A stretch of 60,834 nt of DNA from contig JASHQN010000098.1 in the NCBI GenBank assembly GCA_030039135.1, forward strand, positions 1 to 60,834, written 5' to 3'. A model generated the notes under the pieces. The model did no database searches. It was given only the letters and a program-made list of their open reading frames with translations, and was not told the DNA's origin. The DNA is from Thermoplasmata archaeon (GTDB taxonomy: Archaea > Thermoplasmatota > Thermoplasmata > Lutacidiplasmatales > UBA184). The translations under genes were made by a program, and so were the position numbers. The stretch's first letter is position 1. Each line of letters starts with the position of its first letter. This document shows positions 46,958 through 56,690 of the stretch, one piece after another.

Positions 46958-48075
46958 GCGGGCGGGGCGGTCGCGGGAGGGGCCACGGCGCGCACCGACT
47001 CCGGGAAGGCCGCCACGAATCGGTCGATGTCGGTCCTCGGGTTGGAGAACGACACCCGGACGAACCGCCGTCCGTGGGTCGGGCTGAGGTAAGTGCCCGC
47101 GCGCACGAAGACGCCGTGGCGGCGGAGTAGATCCTCCTGGAGCGCCTCGGGGGAGACGCCGAGCGCCCCGACGTCGATGACCATCATGTTCGCCCGGGAC
47201 GGGTACACCGGCAGGGTGGTCCCCTCGACGCTGGCGACGGTCGCACGGATCCGCGCGCCGTTCTCTTGCGTCTGGCGGCGCACCTCGCCGAACCACTGGG
47301 ATTTCGTCCGGAGCGTCGCGATCGCCGCCACCTGAGCGAGGACATTGACGCCGAGGTCGTTCGTGTTGAACCGACCGATCGTCCGCACGTGCTCGGGACG
47401 AGCGAGGAACCCTCCGATGCGCAGCCCTGCGAGGCCGCAGTTCTTCGACACCGACCACACGGTGATGGTCTCCTCGGGGGCGAACTCGGCGGCCAGCGCG
47501 TGACCCTCGGAGAAGTCCCGGTACGTCACGTCGTTGAGGAGCCAGAGGTGCCGGTCGTGGGCGATCTCGGCGATCGCTCGCACGTCGTCCCTCGGGTAGC
47601 CGGATCCGAGCGGGTTCAGCGGGTCGATGAGAAGGATCATCCGGGTCCGAGGGCCGATCGCCTCCGAGATCCGTTCGGGGGTGAGTCGGTACGGGGGCGC
47701 GTAGATGTCGAGGTTCCGGGTCCGGGCTCCCGAGAGCTCGACGAACCGGTGGATGATGAGGTAGCTCGGGTCCGAGGCGATCACCTCGTCGCCGGGCGAG
47801 AGGAGCGCTCGGGCGATCATGTAGAGCGACTCCGTGCCGCCGGCCGAGAGGAACGGCGCGACGTCCTTCAGGCCGATGTCCCGAACGACGAGGTCGAGCA
47901 GCTCGGGATCCCCCGGCGCATACGGGTAGCCCTCGTACCGTCGCTCTTGGATCGCCGCGTCGAGCGCGCTCCGGACGATCTCGGGCGGGACGAGGTGATT
48001 GGTGTTCTGGGAGAGCCAGGCGATCTCGCGGCGGTGCGCGTGCGCGTAGCGGAAGGTGTCGAACGGTGCGGCCAT
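46954..48075 (-). CDS. Class I/II PLP-dependent aminotransferase
   Basis: DPLNPLG, DVTY, SVSKNCGLAGLRIG. Confidence 0.9.
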   Translation of the reverse strand: MAAPFDTFRYAHAHRREIAWLSQNTNHLVPPEIVRSALDAAIQERRYEGYPYAPGDPELLDLVVRDIGLKDVAPFLSAGGTESLYMIARALLSPGDEVIASDPSYLIIHRFVELSGARTRNLDIYAPPYRLTPERISEAIGPRTRMILLIDPLNPLGSGYPRDDVRAIAEIAHDRHLWLLNDVTYRDFSEGHALAAEFAPEETITVWSVSKNCGLAGLRIGGFLARPEHVRTIGRFNTNDLGVNVLAQVAAIATLRTKSQWFGEVRRQTQENGARIRATVASVEGTTLPVYPSRANMMVIDVGALGVSPEALQEDLLRRHGVFVRAGTYLSPTHGRRFVRVSFSNPRTDIDRFVAAFPESVRAVAPPATAPPA

Positions 48076-48105
48076 CGTTCGCTGCGGCCACCGGACCCCG
48101 CCGCC

Positions 48106-48900
48106 TTAACGGCTGCGGGCGGCCGGTGGCCCGGCCTCCGCGAGGAAGGTCGTCACGATCCCGAGCGACTGGGTGTCCGCCTCGGTCCGGGCGAACCCCG
48201 CGCGTTCGAGCGCGGCGAGGAAGGCGGGCCTCGGCGGTAGCGAGCGCAGCGATTCCGGTAGGTAGCGGTACGGTCCCGCGCTGTCCACCGCCGCGCCGAG
48301 CCACGGAACGACGTGATCGAAGTAGGCGTGGAAAACGGCACCGAACGTGGGCGACGACGGCTCGGTGATCTCGAGCACGAGGAGCGTGCCCTGCGCTCGC
48401 AGCACGCGCCGCATCTCGGTGAGCGCCGCGTCGAGATCGACGAGGTTGCGCGCGAGGAACGCGTTCGTGACGAGATCGAAGGAACCGTCCGCGAACGGCA
48501 GCCGCATCGCGGTACCCCGACCGTAGCCGATCCGCGGGGACCCCGGGCCACGGGGAGTCCGCCGCGCGGCGACCCGCAGCATCGCGGCGGTGAAATCGAC
48601 GCCCACCACCCGCGAGCCCGGGTAATGGCGCGCCGCGAGCCGGGTCAACTCCCCGGTACCGCATCCGACGTCGAGGATCCGCTCGACCGGCCGCGCCGAG
48701 CGGAATCGGTCGAGCGCCCAGAGCGCCCTCGGTCGCCAGACGAGATCGCTGCCGACCGACGCGAGGTGATCGAACCACTCGTAGCGCTGGGCGATGTGGG
48801 TGAACATCCGGCGGACGTCGCGCTCGAAGTCCGGCGCCCCTCGTTCCGGCCGCGGGGAGCCGTCCCTCGCCGGCCGCCGCCTCGACGTGTCCTCCGGCAT
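48106..48900 (-). CDS. UbiE/MenG-family methyltransferase
   Basis: MF..IA.RY, ILDVGCGTG, LPFADGSFD, Y.YLPESL. Confidence 0.9.
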   Translation of the reverse strand: MPEDTSRRRPARDGSPRPERGAPDFERDVRRMFTHIAQRYEWFDHLASVGSDLVWRPRALWALDRFRSARPVERILDVGCGTGELTRLAARHYPGSRVVGVDFTAAMLRVAARRTPRGPGSPRIGYGRGTAMRLPFADGSFDLVTNAFLARNLVDLDAALTEMRRVLRAQGTLLVLEITEPSSPTFGAVFHAYFDHVVPWLGAAVDSAGPYRYLPESLRSLPPRPAFLAALERAGFARTEADTQSLGIVTTFLAEAGPPAARSR

Positions 48901-48924
48901 CGGCGGAGGAGCGGTTCCGCCGAC

Positions 48925-51357
48925 TTAACTCGGCGGGTTCGGCTCCGATCCGAGCGCCGATTCAAGCTGGGCGACGCGGCCCGCGAGGTCCGTGCGGTGC
49001 CGGTCGATCCCGCTCTCCCGGGCCGCGGCGAGTCGAGCGCGGGCGGTCCCATCGTCGCCCCGGGCGTGGGCGACGTGGGCGAGCCGGAACAGCATCTCGC
49101 AGACCTCGGGCTCCGCCTTGAGCTCCCGTGCCTGCCGCAGGGCATCCTCGAAATGGGACGCCGCGGCCTCGAAGTCCTTCTCGGTCTCCGCGAGGAGACC
49201 GCGGGCGAGCGCGAGCTGTTCGGAGCCGAGGCGGTCGCCGAGCGGCACGAGGAACTTCGCGGCGCGCTCGAGCGCCGGGCGCGCGCGCTCCGGGTTACCG
49301 AGCTCCGCCTGGATCTGGGCGACGTTGAGGTAGCAGTAGCCGATCCAGATCGGTGACTTCGATCGCTCGGCCGCCTCGATCGCGAGATCGAGCCCCTCGA
49401 GGGCGTCGCTCGAGCGACCGGCCGAGTGCAGGAGCACGGCCCGGTTCATCAGGACGCGCGCCCGGGCGGAGAGGTCCTGGCCGGTCCCGAACAGCTCGGC
49501 GGCGCGTTCGTAGAGGGCGAGCGCGGGCTGGAACCGATCCGGTCCGCCGAGGACCATCGCGTTGGCGACGTCCACCAGCGCGTGCCCCTGTTCGATCGGG
49601 GTCCCCTCGCGCTCGGCAACGTCGAGAGCAAGGCGCAGATGCATCTCGGCGTCGGGGAGCTGCCCGAGCCGCCAGTAGACGACCCCGAGGACGCGGTGCG
49701 CGGTCATGAGCTCGCGCGGGCTACCCAGACGTTCGAGGCGGACGTACGCCTCCCGGGCGAGCGCCTCCGCCGACGCGAACTCGCTCTGGTCCTGCCGAGT
49801 CTGGGCGAGCGCGAGCAACGCGCGACCCAGTTCGGCGTCGAGCTCGGGCTGGGTCCGGGCGAGCGCGACCGACTCCGCGAGCACCGTCTCCGAATGGCGG
49901 AGATCGCCGAGCTCGTCGAGCGCGCGGCCGAGCTCGTTCAACAGGTGGATCTCTCGTCCAACGCTATGGTCGGGACGGCGCCGCTCGGCCTCGAGCGCCC
50001 GTTCGAAGTGGGGGACCGCCGTCTCGAACGAGAACGTCTTCGCAGCCGTCAGGGCCGCGCGGGCGTTGTACTCCGCCGCCTTCGCGTCGTCCCGCCCGAG
50101 ATAGAACTGCCGAGCGAGCTCGAAGTCGCTCGAGAGGCGGCGCTCCTCCAGCGCCCGGGCGACCCGGCGATGGAGGATCCGACGGCGGGTCTCGGTGAGG
50201 TCCGCGTAGACCCCGGCCCGTACCCCTTCGGTCGCGAACTCGAAGACCTCACCGCCCCGTTCCCGAAGGAGGCCGTCCTGGACGAGCCGGTCGAGGATCT
50301 CCGTCAGCCGCTCCTCGCTCGTCTCGGCGATCGCGGCGAGCGTCGCGAAGGCGAACTCCCTCCCGAGGAGGCTTGCGTACGTGAGGACCCGGTGCTCCGC
50401 TTCCCCGAGCGTTCGCGCGCGGGCGAGGAAGACGTCGTTGAGATCGGCCGGTCCACCGCTGGGAAGCGGCGCCGCTCGAGGGCCGAGCCCCGTGGTCGGC
50501 CGCACCAGTTGCTCGACGAAGAGTGGGTTACCATCGGTCTGAGCGTGCCAGCGGAGCACGTCGGCCGGATCCGCAGCGATCCCGCGACGGAGCCATCGAG
50601 CGAACTCCGCCACTTCCGGGATCGAGAGGGGGCCGAGCGGCACGGTTCGGACCGAGGAGGAGCGGGAGATCGACTCGAGCGGCTCGCGAGCGGCGAGGGG
50701 GATCCGGCTGGCCGAGGCGACGGTCGCGACGATCGCGAGCGGACGCTCGTCGATCTTCGTCATGAACCGACCGAGGAACTCGAGCGACGACGGATCGGCG
50801 AAGTGGAGATCGTCGATCGCGACGAGCAACGGCCCCGAGCGGGCCAGGTCGAACAGGTACTGGGCGAGTCGGCCGAATAGCTCGTCCCGACTGGTTCCGA
50901 TCCACTCGCCGGGGCTGTCGAGGGGGGCGAGGAGCGCCTTGAGGTCCTCGGATTCGGGACCGACCGGGGCGACCCGGTCGGCGCCGGGGCCCTCCGTGGC
51001 TCCTTCGGCGTACGGAGCCAGGAGGATCGGCAGGCCGGTGTCGGCGATGTCGTCGGCCTCACCGCGGAAGTCCGCACTGCTGGCGGAGGCGAGGAGGTCC
51101 CGGACGAGCGAGAACGGTTGCGGGATCTCCTGGGGGAGCGCGCGGCCGGTGAGGGTCCGGAATTCGAGCTCGCGCGCCCGCGCCACGGTCGCGCGGAGGA
51201 ACAGGCTCTTGCCCGAGCCATCCTCGCCCCGAATGAGGAGACCTTCCCCGGCCCCGGTCCGCGCCCGGTCGAGCGTGCGGTCGATCTCGGCCAGGACGTC
51301 GGCCCGACCGAAGATGGGCGCAACCGGGGGCCCTCGAGGCGCCTCCTTGGCCGCCAC
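48925..51357 (-). CDS. STAND-type ATPase with C-terminal TPRs
   Basis: FGR, GEDGSGKS Walker A, LLVAIDDLHFAD Walker B, GNPLFV, ASLLGREF, TPR-like repeats. Confidence 0.85.
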   Translation of the reverse strand: MAAKEAPRGPPVAPIFGRADVLAEIDRTLDRARTGAGEGLLIRGEDGSGKSLFLRATVARARELEFRTLTGRALPQEIPQPFSLVRDLLASASSADFRGEADDIADTGLPILLAPYAEGATEGPGADRVAPVGPESEDLKALLAPLDSPGEWIGTSRDELFGRLAQYLFDLARSGPLLVAIDDLHFADPSSLEFLGRFMTKIDERPLAIVATVASASRIPLAAREPLESISRSSSVRTVPLGPLSIPEVAEFARWLRRGIAADPADVLRWHAQTDGNPLFVEQLVRPTTGLGPRAAPLPSGGPADLNDVFLARARTLGEAEHRVLTYASLLGREFAFATLAAIAETSEERLTEILDRLVQDGLLRERGGEVFEFATEGVRAGVYADLTETRRRILHRRVARALEERRLSSDFELARQFYLGRDDAKAAEYNARAALTAAKTFSFETAVPHFERALEAERRRPDHSVGREIHLLNELGRALDELGDLRHSETVLAESVALARTQPELDAELGRALLALAQTRQDQSEFASAEALAREAYVRLERLGSPRELMTAHRVLGVVYWRLGQLPDAEMHLRLALDVAEREGTPIEQGHALVDVANAMVLGGPDRFQPALALYERAAELFGTGQDLSARARVLMNRAVLLHSAGRSSDALEGLDLAIEAAERSKSPIWIGYCYLNVAQIQAELGNPERARPALERAAKFLVPLGDRLGSEQLALARGLLAETEKDFEAAASHFEDALRQARELKAEPEVCEMLFRLAHVAHARGDDGTARARLAAARESGIDRHRTDLAGRVAQLESALGSEPNPPS

Positions 51358-51402
51358 GGGGTATTTAGACGGTTCCCGAGGTAGATAACGGAATCCGCGA
51401 GC

Positions 51403-52971
51403 TCACGAGGGCGGGGGGCCCGGGTCGGCCGGGGCGGCAGCGCGATCGAGTTGCTCCCGCAGCTCTCGGTAGGCTCCGGCCAGCGCCGGTCGGAGCTCCG
51501 CGACGCCGAGGTTGCCGGCGGCGCGCAGGGCCCGCCGGGCCCCTTCGAGGTTCCGCGTCTTGAAGCGCAGCCGGGCGAGGTAGAACTCCACCTCGGCTTC
51601 GTCCGCCGGCAAGGCGTAGCGCCGGCACATGTCGAGGGCTCGGCCGAACGCCCGCTCGGCATCGTCCCACTGAGCCTGCTTCTCCGCGATGAGCCCCCGG
51701 TTCACCTCCACCTGCTCGAGGCCGAGGCCATCGTTCAGTCGCTCGAGGAGTCGACCGGCCTGGTCGTTGTCGCGGCTCGCTTCCTCGAGCTGGCCGAGCG
51801 CGAGGCGGAACTCCACGCCCGAGAGGAGGGCGCGGCCCGTCGAACGGGCGTCGTGCGCTCGCTCCCCGAGCTCCCGGGCCCGCTCGAGGTAATCGAGCCC
51901 GTCCTGCGGGTGGGTCTCGCCGACCAGGACCCCGAGGTTGTGGTAGGCCCGGGAGAGCTCGACCCAGTCACCGACCTGACCCAGCCGCTGGATCGCTCGC
52001 TCGTACCAGGTGACCGCCTCCTCGCGGACCTCCGGACCGAGCAGGGCGAACGAATTGCCGATGTCGATCGAGAGGCGGCCGAGAAGCCGCAGGTCCCGCG
52101 CATCCCCGATCGAATCGAGGGAGCGCATGCTCTCGTCAAGCGCGTCGCGGTACGCCCCGCGCTGGAAGGCGAGCCGGCCGAGGAGACGGTAGGTCTGGGC
52201 GCTCCCGAGGCGGTCCCCGACCTGCTCGAAGAGCCGCTGCGCGTCGAGCGCCTGGCGCGTCGCTCCCTCCACATCGAGGTTCTCGCGGGCGACCTCGGCC
52301 CGAGCGAGGAGGAGCCCCGCCCGGATCCGAGGCTCGTCGGCGCCGAGGCGCTCGAGCGCTTTGGTGTAGTAGCGGTCCGCGGAGGAGAAGTTGCCGATCG
52401 AGTAGTAGAGCTCGCCGAGGGCTGCATCGATCTCGGCGAGGTCGTGGCGCCGGTCGCCCGGGAGCGACTCGAGGTCGACCTGAACCCGCTGCAGATGGTG
52501 GGCCGCGGCCTCCGGATCTTCCGACGCCCGTGCGTTCTCGGAGGCGAGACGGTTGTAGATCCGGGATTTCTCGGGGACCTTCCCGAGGAAAAAGTGCCGG
52601 CCGAGTTCGGCGACGACCGCGAGCGGAGGGTTGGGAGAGATCCGCTCCATCGCCTCGGCGATCTTGCGGTGAAGGACCCGCAGTCGGCTCTCGGTCAACG
52701 ACCGGTAGATCCGCGCACGGAACTGCTCCTCGGCGAACCGGAACCGATCCCCGCCGGGGAGCTCGACCAGGACGCCCCGGTGCACCAGGCGCTCGAGCTG
52801 TTCGGCGAGGGTCTCCTCCCCCATCCCTGTCGCGGCCACGAGGAGGGGAAAGTCGAACTCGGAGCCGATCGCGCTCGCGTAGGCCAGGATCCGGTGTTGT
52901 TCGGAGGTGATCTCGGGAAGCCGCGGCTCTCCGGCCACCTCGGCGAGCCCCTCCGCGGGCCCTTCGGGCAT
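51403..52971 (-). CDS. wHTH+TPR protein, paralog of the STAND C-terminal half without ATPase
   Basis: ASAIGSEF, LERLV..G.L, IY..LTE.R.R.LHR.IA, ELGRHFFLG, TPR repeats; no P-loop. Confidence 0.82.
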   Translation of the reverse strand: MPEGPAEGLAEVAGEPRLPEITSEQHRILAYASAIGSEFDFPLLVAATGMGEETLAEQLERLVHRGVLVELPGGDRFRFAEEQFRARIYRSLTESRLRVLHRKIAEAMERISPNPPLAVVAELGRHFFLGKVPEKSRIYNRLASENARASEDPEAAAHHLQRVQVDLESLPGDRRHDLAEIDAALGELYYSIGNFSSADRYYTKALERLGADEPRIRAGLLLARAEVARENLDVEGATRQALDAQRLFEQVGDRLGSAQTYRLLGRLAFQRGAYRDALDESMRSLDSIGDARDLRLLGRLSIDIGNSFALLGPEVREEAVTWYERAIQRLGQVGDWVELSRAYHNLGVLVGETHPQDGLDYLERARELGERAHDARSTGRALLSGVEFRLALGQLEEASRDNDQAGRLLERLNDGLGLEQVEVNRGLIAEKQAQWDDAERAFGRALDMCRRYALPADEAEVEFYLARLRFKTRNLEGARRALRAAGNLGVAELRPALAGAYRELREQLDRAAAPADPGPPPS

Positions 52972-53098
52972 CTCGACGGTTCTAGCGCCGTCGGTCGGTT
53001 AAGACTGTGCTTCGCCGTGCACGACGGCTCGCCGGCGTCGTCCTCGCGCCGCTCGCGGCCCGTAAGGGTTATCTAACGAGGGCCAGGTCGTCGTCGAT

Positions 53099-53359
53099 AT
53101 GGCAGAGGCGGGTTCCGCTCCCGCGGCGGCCCAACCGAGCCGGTTCCGCGAGCTCTCGCTTCCGCGTAAGCTTTCGTTCTGGGGGTTTGCCTCGCTCGTC
53201 GTCCTCGCGGTCGCGTTCTACGTCTGGTGGGGGACCTTCTACGGTGTCTGGATCGACAACGGTGTCTACGCCGTGTTCATCACCCTCTTCTTGTTCGGAC
53301 TGGCCGGGATGTGGCTCGTGCTCCCGAACCCTCCGGTCTCGGCGCCCCCGTCCTCGTGA
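53099..53359 (+). CDS. Small two-helix membrane protein
   Basis: 86 aa, two hydrophobic segments flanking W.DNGVY; TTATCTAA upstream. Confidence 0.7.
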   Translation: MAEAGSAPAAAQPSRFRELSLPRKLSFWGFASLVVLAVAFYVWWGTFYGVWIDNGVYAVFITLFLFGLAGMWLVLPNPPVSAPPSS

Positions 53360-53375
53360 GCGCGGGCCGGGTCGA

Positions 53376-54803
53376 CTAGAGGGGCCGAGCGGCCACGGCC
53401 CAGCGGGCGGTGGATTTCTCCCCGCAGGCGATGCACCCGCCGATCGGCTCGGTCAGGAAGGGAAGGGGGTCCTCGGGGGTTCCGAGCAGGCTCCCGTCGA
53501 TCGCCGTCTCGATGCGGTGTCCGCACTCCTCGTTCCCGCACCAGGCGATCAGGCGGACGGTCGTGGATCCGGGCAGTTCCTCGAGCGACCGTGCTACCGA
53601 GAACGCGGCCGAGAACTCGGCCTGGGCCCGCGCTCGCAGGGCATCGTCGTACTCCGCGAGGAGTCGCTCGACCTCCGTCTCGAGCCGGTCGAGGGGTACC
53701 GTTCCTTTACGGCCCAGACGATCGGCGGTCGTGACCGACCGCTGCTTCGCCTCGCGAGCGCCGACCTCGAGGCGAAGCGGGACGCCCGCGAGCTCCCAAC
53801 GGTAGTACTTCGATCCCGGGCGTTCTTCGCCGGCATCGAGCCGCACGCGCAGGCCCCGTCGACGCAAGCGATCGGCCACATCGGTCGAGACCGCGAGCGG
53901 AGCGTCGCCTGCGTCGCTCGCCGGTATCGGGATCACGACGACCTGGAACGGGGCGATCGCCGACGGGAACACCACCCCTTTCGCGTCCCCGTGGACCGCC
54001 ACGATCGCCCCGAGGAGGCGCTCGGACAGACCGAACGTCGTTTGGTGGGCGTACCGCTGCTCCCCGTCGACCGTCTCGTACCGGATCCCGTACGGCCGGG
54101 AGAAGTTCTCTCGGTAGTGGTGAATGCTACCGATCTGGAGGGTCCGGGCGCCGCCGATCGGGATGTCGAGCGCGATCGAGTAGAACGCACCGGGAAACTT
54201 GTCCCAATCGGGCCGGCGGATCGCGAGATACGGCAGGGCGAACGCGCGGGCCATCTTCGCGAACGCCGCCCGGTTGGACCGGACCCGTTCGGTCGCCGCC
54301 GCCTCGTCCGCCTGGCAGGTGTGCTCCTCGAAGAAGTGGATCTCCCGAACTCGGAGGAACGGGCGGGTGGTCTTGGTCTCGTAGCGGAACGTGTTGACGA
54401 TCTGGTAGATGTTGAGCGGAAGGTCCCGATGGGATCGCACCCACAGGGCGAACACCGGGTAGATCGCGGTCTCACTGGTCGGACGTAGCACGAGGGGGAC
54501 GTCGAGGTCGGCCACCCCCCCTTTCGTGACCCAGTAGACCTGCGCGTCGAAGCCCTTGATGTGCTCCTTCTCCTTGGAGAACTCGGTCGCGGGGATGAGC
54601 GCCGGGAACTCGGCAGCCTCCGAGCCGGTGGCTTCGATCTCCCGGATGAGCACGGCGTCCAGCTGGAGGCGGGCCTTGAGCCCGTAGGGGGTCCACACGT
54701 TCGCCCCTTTGACCGGATACCGCTTGTCCGTGAGGTGAGCTTCCTCGACGACCGCGAGGTACCACTCCATGAAGGCCGCCTGCTTGTCCGGGAGCTCGAC
54801 CAT
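53376..54803 (-). CDS. proS: Prolyl-tRNA synthetase (archaeal type)
   Basis: RYPVKG, LRPTSET, FRYETK.TRP.LR.RE, HQTTFGLSER, C-terminal Cys cluster; ATG 54803. Confidence 0.96.
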   Translation of the reverse strand: MVELPDKQAAFMEWYLAVVEEAHLTDKRYPVKGANVWTPYGLKARLQLDAVLIREIEATGSEAAEFPALIPATEFSKEKEHIKGFDAQVYWVTKGGVADLDVPLVLRPTSETAIYPVFALWVRSHRDLPLNIYQIVNTFRYETKTTRPFLRVREIHFFEEHTCQADEAAATERVRSNRAAFAKMARAFALPYLAIRRPDWDKFPGAFYSIALDIPIGGARTLQIGSIHHYRENFSRPYGIRYETVDGEQRYAHQTTFGLSERLLGAIVAVHGDAKGVVFPSAIAPFQVVVIPIPASDAGDAPLAVSTDVADRLRRRGLRVRLDAGEERPGSKYYRWELAGVPLRLEVGAREAKQRSVTTADRLGRKGTVPLDRLETEVERLLAEYDDALRARAQAEFSAAFSVARSLEELPGSTTVRLIAWCGNEECGHRIETAIDGSLLGTPEDPLPFLTEPIGGCIACGEKSTARWAVAARPL

Positions 54804-54942
54804 CGTTCCGCGGGGAGGGTAGGTCGCAACGTAAAAGCCTGTGCGCCGCGGTCCCCGGCTGCGCGCGCTCGCGCCCGAGACGGCCTCCGCAGGTTCGTCG
54901 GCACAAGGAATTATGCTCCCCGACGGGCATGACATCCGGGCC

Positions 54943-56034
54943 ATGCGCCTCGTCGTCTGCATCGACCGCGACGACGACCTCGGCCGGAAGGCGTCGGTCG
55001 CGGGGCCCGTCGTCGGACGAGAGTCGGTGCTCGATGCCGCGGTGCGGCTCGGCACGGTCGATCCCGAGGATTCGGATACCAACGCGCTGTTCGCGGCCGT
55101 CAACCTCCTGGACGAGCTCCGGGGCGCCGGCGAGGAGTGCGAGGTCTGCGTGCTCACCGGCTCGGGAAAGGTCGGGGTCGTCTCCGACCGTCGGATCGCG
55201 GGGCAGTTCGACGACGTGCTCGGACGGGTCGGGGCGAAGTCGGCGTACTTCGTGAGCGACGGGGCGGAGGACGAGTTCCTCTTCCCGATCCTCGCTTCCC
55301 GCATCAAGGTCGACGGGGTCCGCCGCGTGTACGTCCGCCAGAACGCGAGCATCGAGTCGACGTACTACACGGTCGTCCGCGCGCTCAAGGACCCGAAGCT
55401 CCGGGCGAAGACGGTGCTCCCCGTCGCGCTCGTCCTATTGATCCTCGGGATCGCGGCGGCGAGCGGCGTGCTCCTGTGGGGAGTCATCGGCCTCGCGATC
55501 GTCCTCGGCGTCTACCTGATCTTCTGGACGTTCGACATCGACGAAGCGATCATCGAATCCCTTCGCGGCTCGTCGACCGACATCCGCCAGGGGTCCGTCG
55601 CCTTCGGCTTCGGGCTCTTTGCGATCGCGCTCGTCGGGGTGGGGTTCCTTACGGGGTACGACAGCTACGCCGCGAACGCGGGCGCCGCCCCGCTCGCGCG
55701 GGTGCTGTTCTTCCTGCAGTCGAGCCTGATCTGGTGGTTGTTCGGAGCGCTCGTCTGGGAGAGCGGGCGGGCGATCCGTCGGACCCTCTCCCGCGGCCGG
55801 TTCCCCCGCTCGTTCGTCGTCGCGACGACGTCGATCGTCGGGATCGGGCTGGTGAGCTTCGGGATCCTCTACCTCGTACGCTACCTGCAGGGCGTGAGCG
55901 GCCCCGCTCAGCTGCCGCTCTTGGTCGCTCTCCTCATCGGCGGCTTCGGCCTCGTGATCGGCGCGGGCGCGCTCCAGCAGTACCTGAAGGCACTCCAGGC
56001 GCGCACGGTCCTCGAACCGACCGCTCCCGGCTGA
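54943..56034 (+). CDS. DUF373-family membrane protein
   Basis: LVVCIDRDDDLG.K, DPEDSDTN, VSDGAEDE, VRQ..SIESTYY. Confidence 0.88.
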   Translation: MRLVVCIDRDDDLGRKASVAGPVVGRESVLDAAVRLGTVDPEDSDTNALFAAVNLLDELRGAGEECEVCVLTGSGKVGVVSDRRIAGQFDDVLGRVGAKSAYFVSDGAEDEFLFPILASRIKVDGVRRVYVRQNASIESTYYTVVRALKDPKLRAKTVLPVALVLLILGIAAASGVLLWGVIGLAIVLGVYLIFWTFDIDEAIIESLRGSSTDIRQGSVAFGFGLFAIALVGVGFLTGYDSYAANAGAAPLARVLFFLQSSLIWWLFGALVWESGRAIRRTLSRGRFPRSFVVATTSIVGIGLVSFGILYLVRYLQGVSGPAQLPLLVALLIGGFGLVIGAGALQQYLKALQARTVLEPTAPG

Positions 56035-56053
56035 GCGAGCGTGGGGCGACGGT

Positions 56054-56668
56054 TCAGCCGATCGGCACGTGCGACGCGATCCGCTCGAGATCGGCCCGGC
56101 TGACGTCGAGGCCGCAGCGCTCGCGCAGGGTCGCACGGACCTGATCGAGGCCGCGGCCGGCTTCGGCGGCTCGCTCGGCGAGCGTCGCGAGGTCTTCCCA
56201 ATAGTTCCACGGGAACACGACCCAGACCCACGCATCGCGGGGGATCTCCTCGGCGTAGTAGGTCGGCACGAATTTCGAGTGGGTGATGTGGAGGAACGCC
56301 GCGCTCTCGACGCGTTTCGGGCGCTGCTCGGTCACGTGCCGGACGGCGAGCCCTAGGGAATCGCCCGTGTCGGTGATGTCGTCGACGACGAGGACCGACC
56401 GGCCCGAGACGGGCCCGCTCAGCCCTTCCGTGAGCTCCGCGGCCCCGGTGGGCGTCGCGGTGACCCCCCAGTGCTGCGCGCGCAACGAGATCAAGTGCTT
56501 CACTCCGAGCCGGTCGGCGACGAGCCGGGCCGGTACCCACCCGCCGCGGGTCAGGCCCACGATCGTCTCGGGGATCGCCGCCGCGGCGCGCACCCGCGCG
56601 GCGACCCGATCGGCCCAACCCTCGACGTCCGACCAGGACGCCCGCCGGCACCGCGGCAGGTCGGCCAT
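56054..56668 (-). CDS. Type I phosphoribosyltransferase (purine PRT-like)
   Basis: RGGWVPAR, VLVVDDITDTGDS, WVVFPW. Confidence 0.9.
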   Translation of the reverse strand: MADLPRCRRASWSDVEGWADRVAARVRAAAAIPETIVGLTRGGWVPARLVADRLGVKHLISLRAQHWGVTATPTGAAELTEGLSGPVSGRSVLVVDDITDTGDSLGLAVRHVTEQRPKRVESAAFLHITHSKFVPTYYAEEIPRDAWVWVVFPWNYWEDLATLAERAAEAGRGLDQVRATLRERCGLDVSRADLERIASHVPIG

Positions 56669-56690
56669 CGACGTCGCGGGCGGGAGCGCC

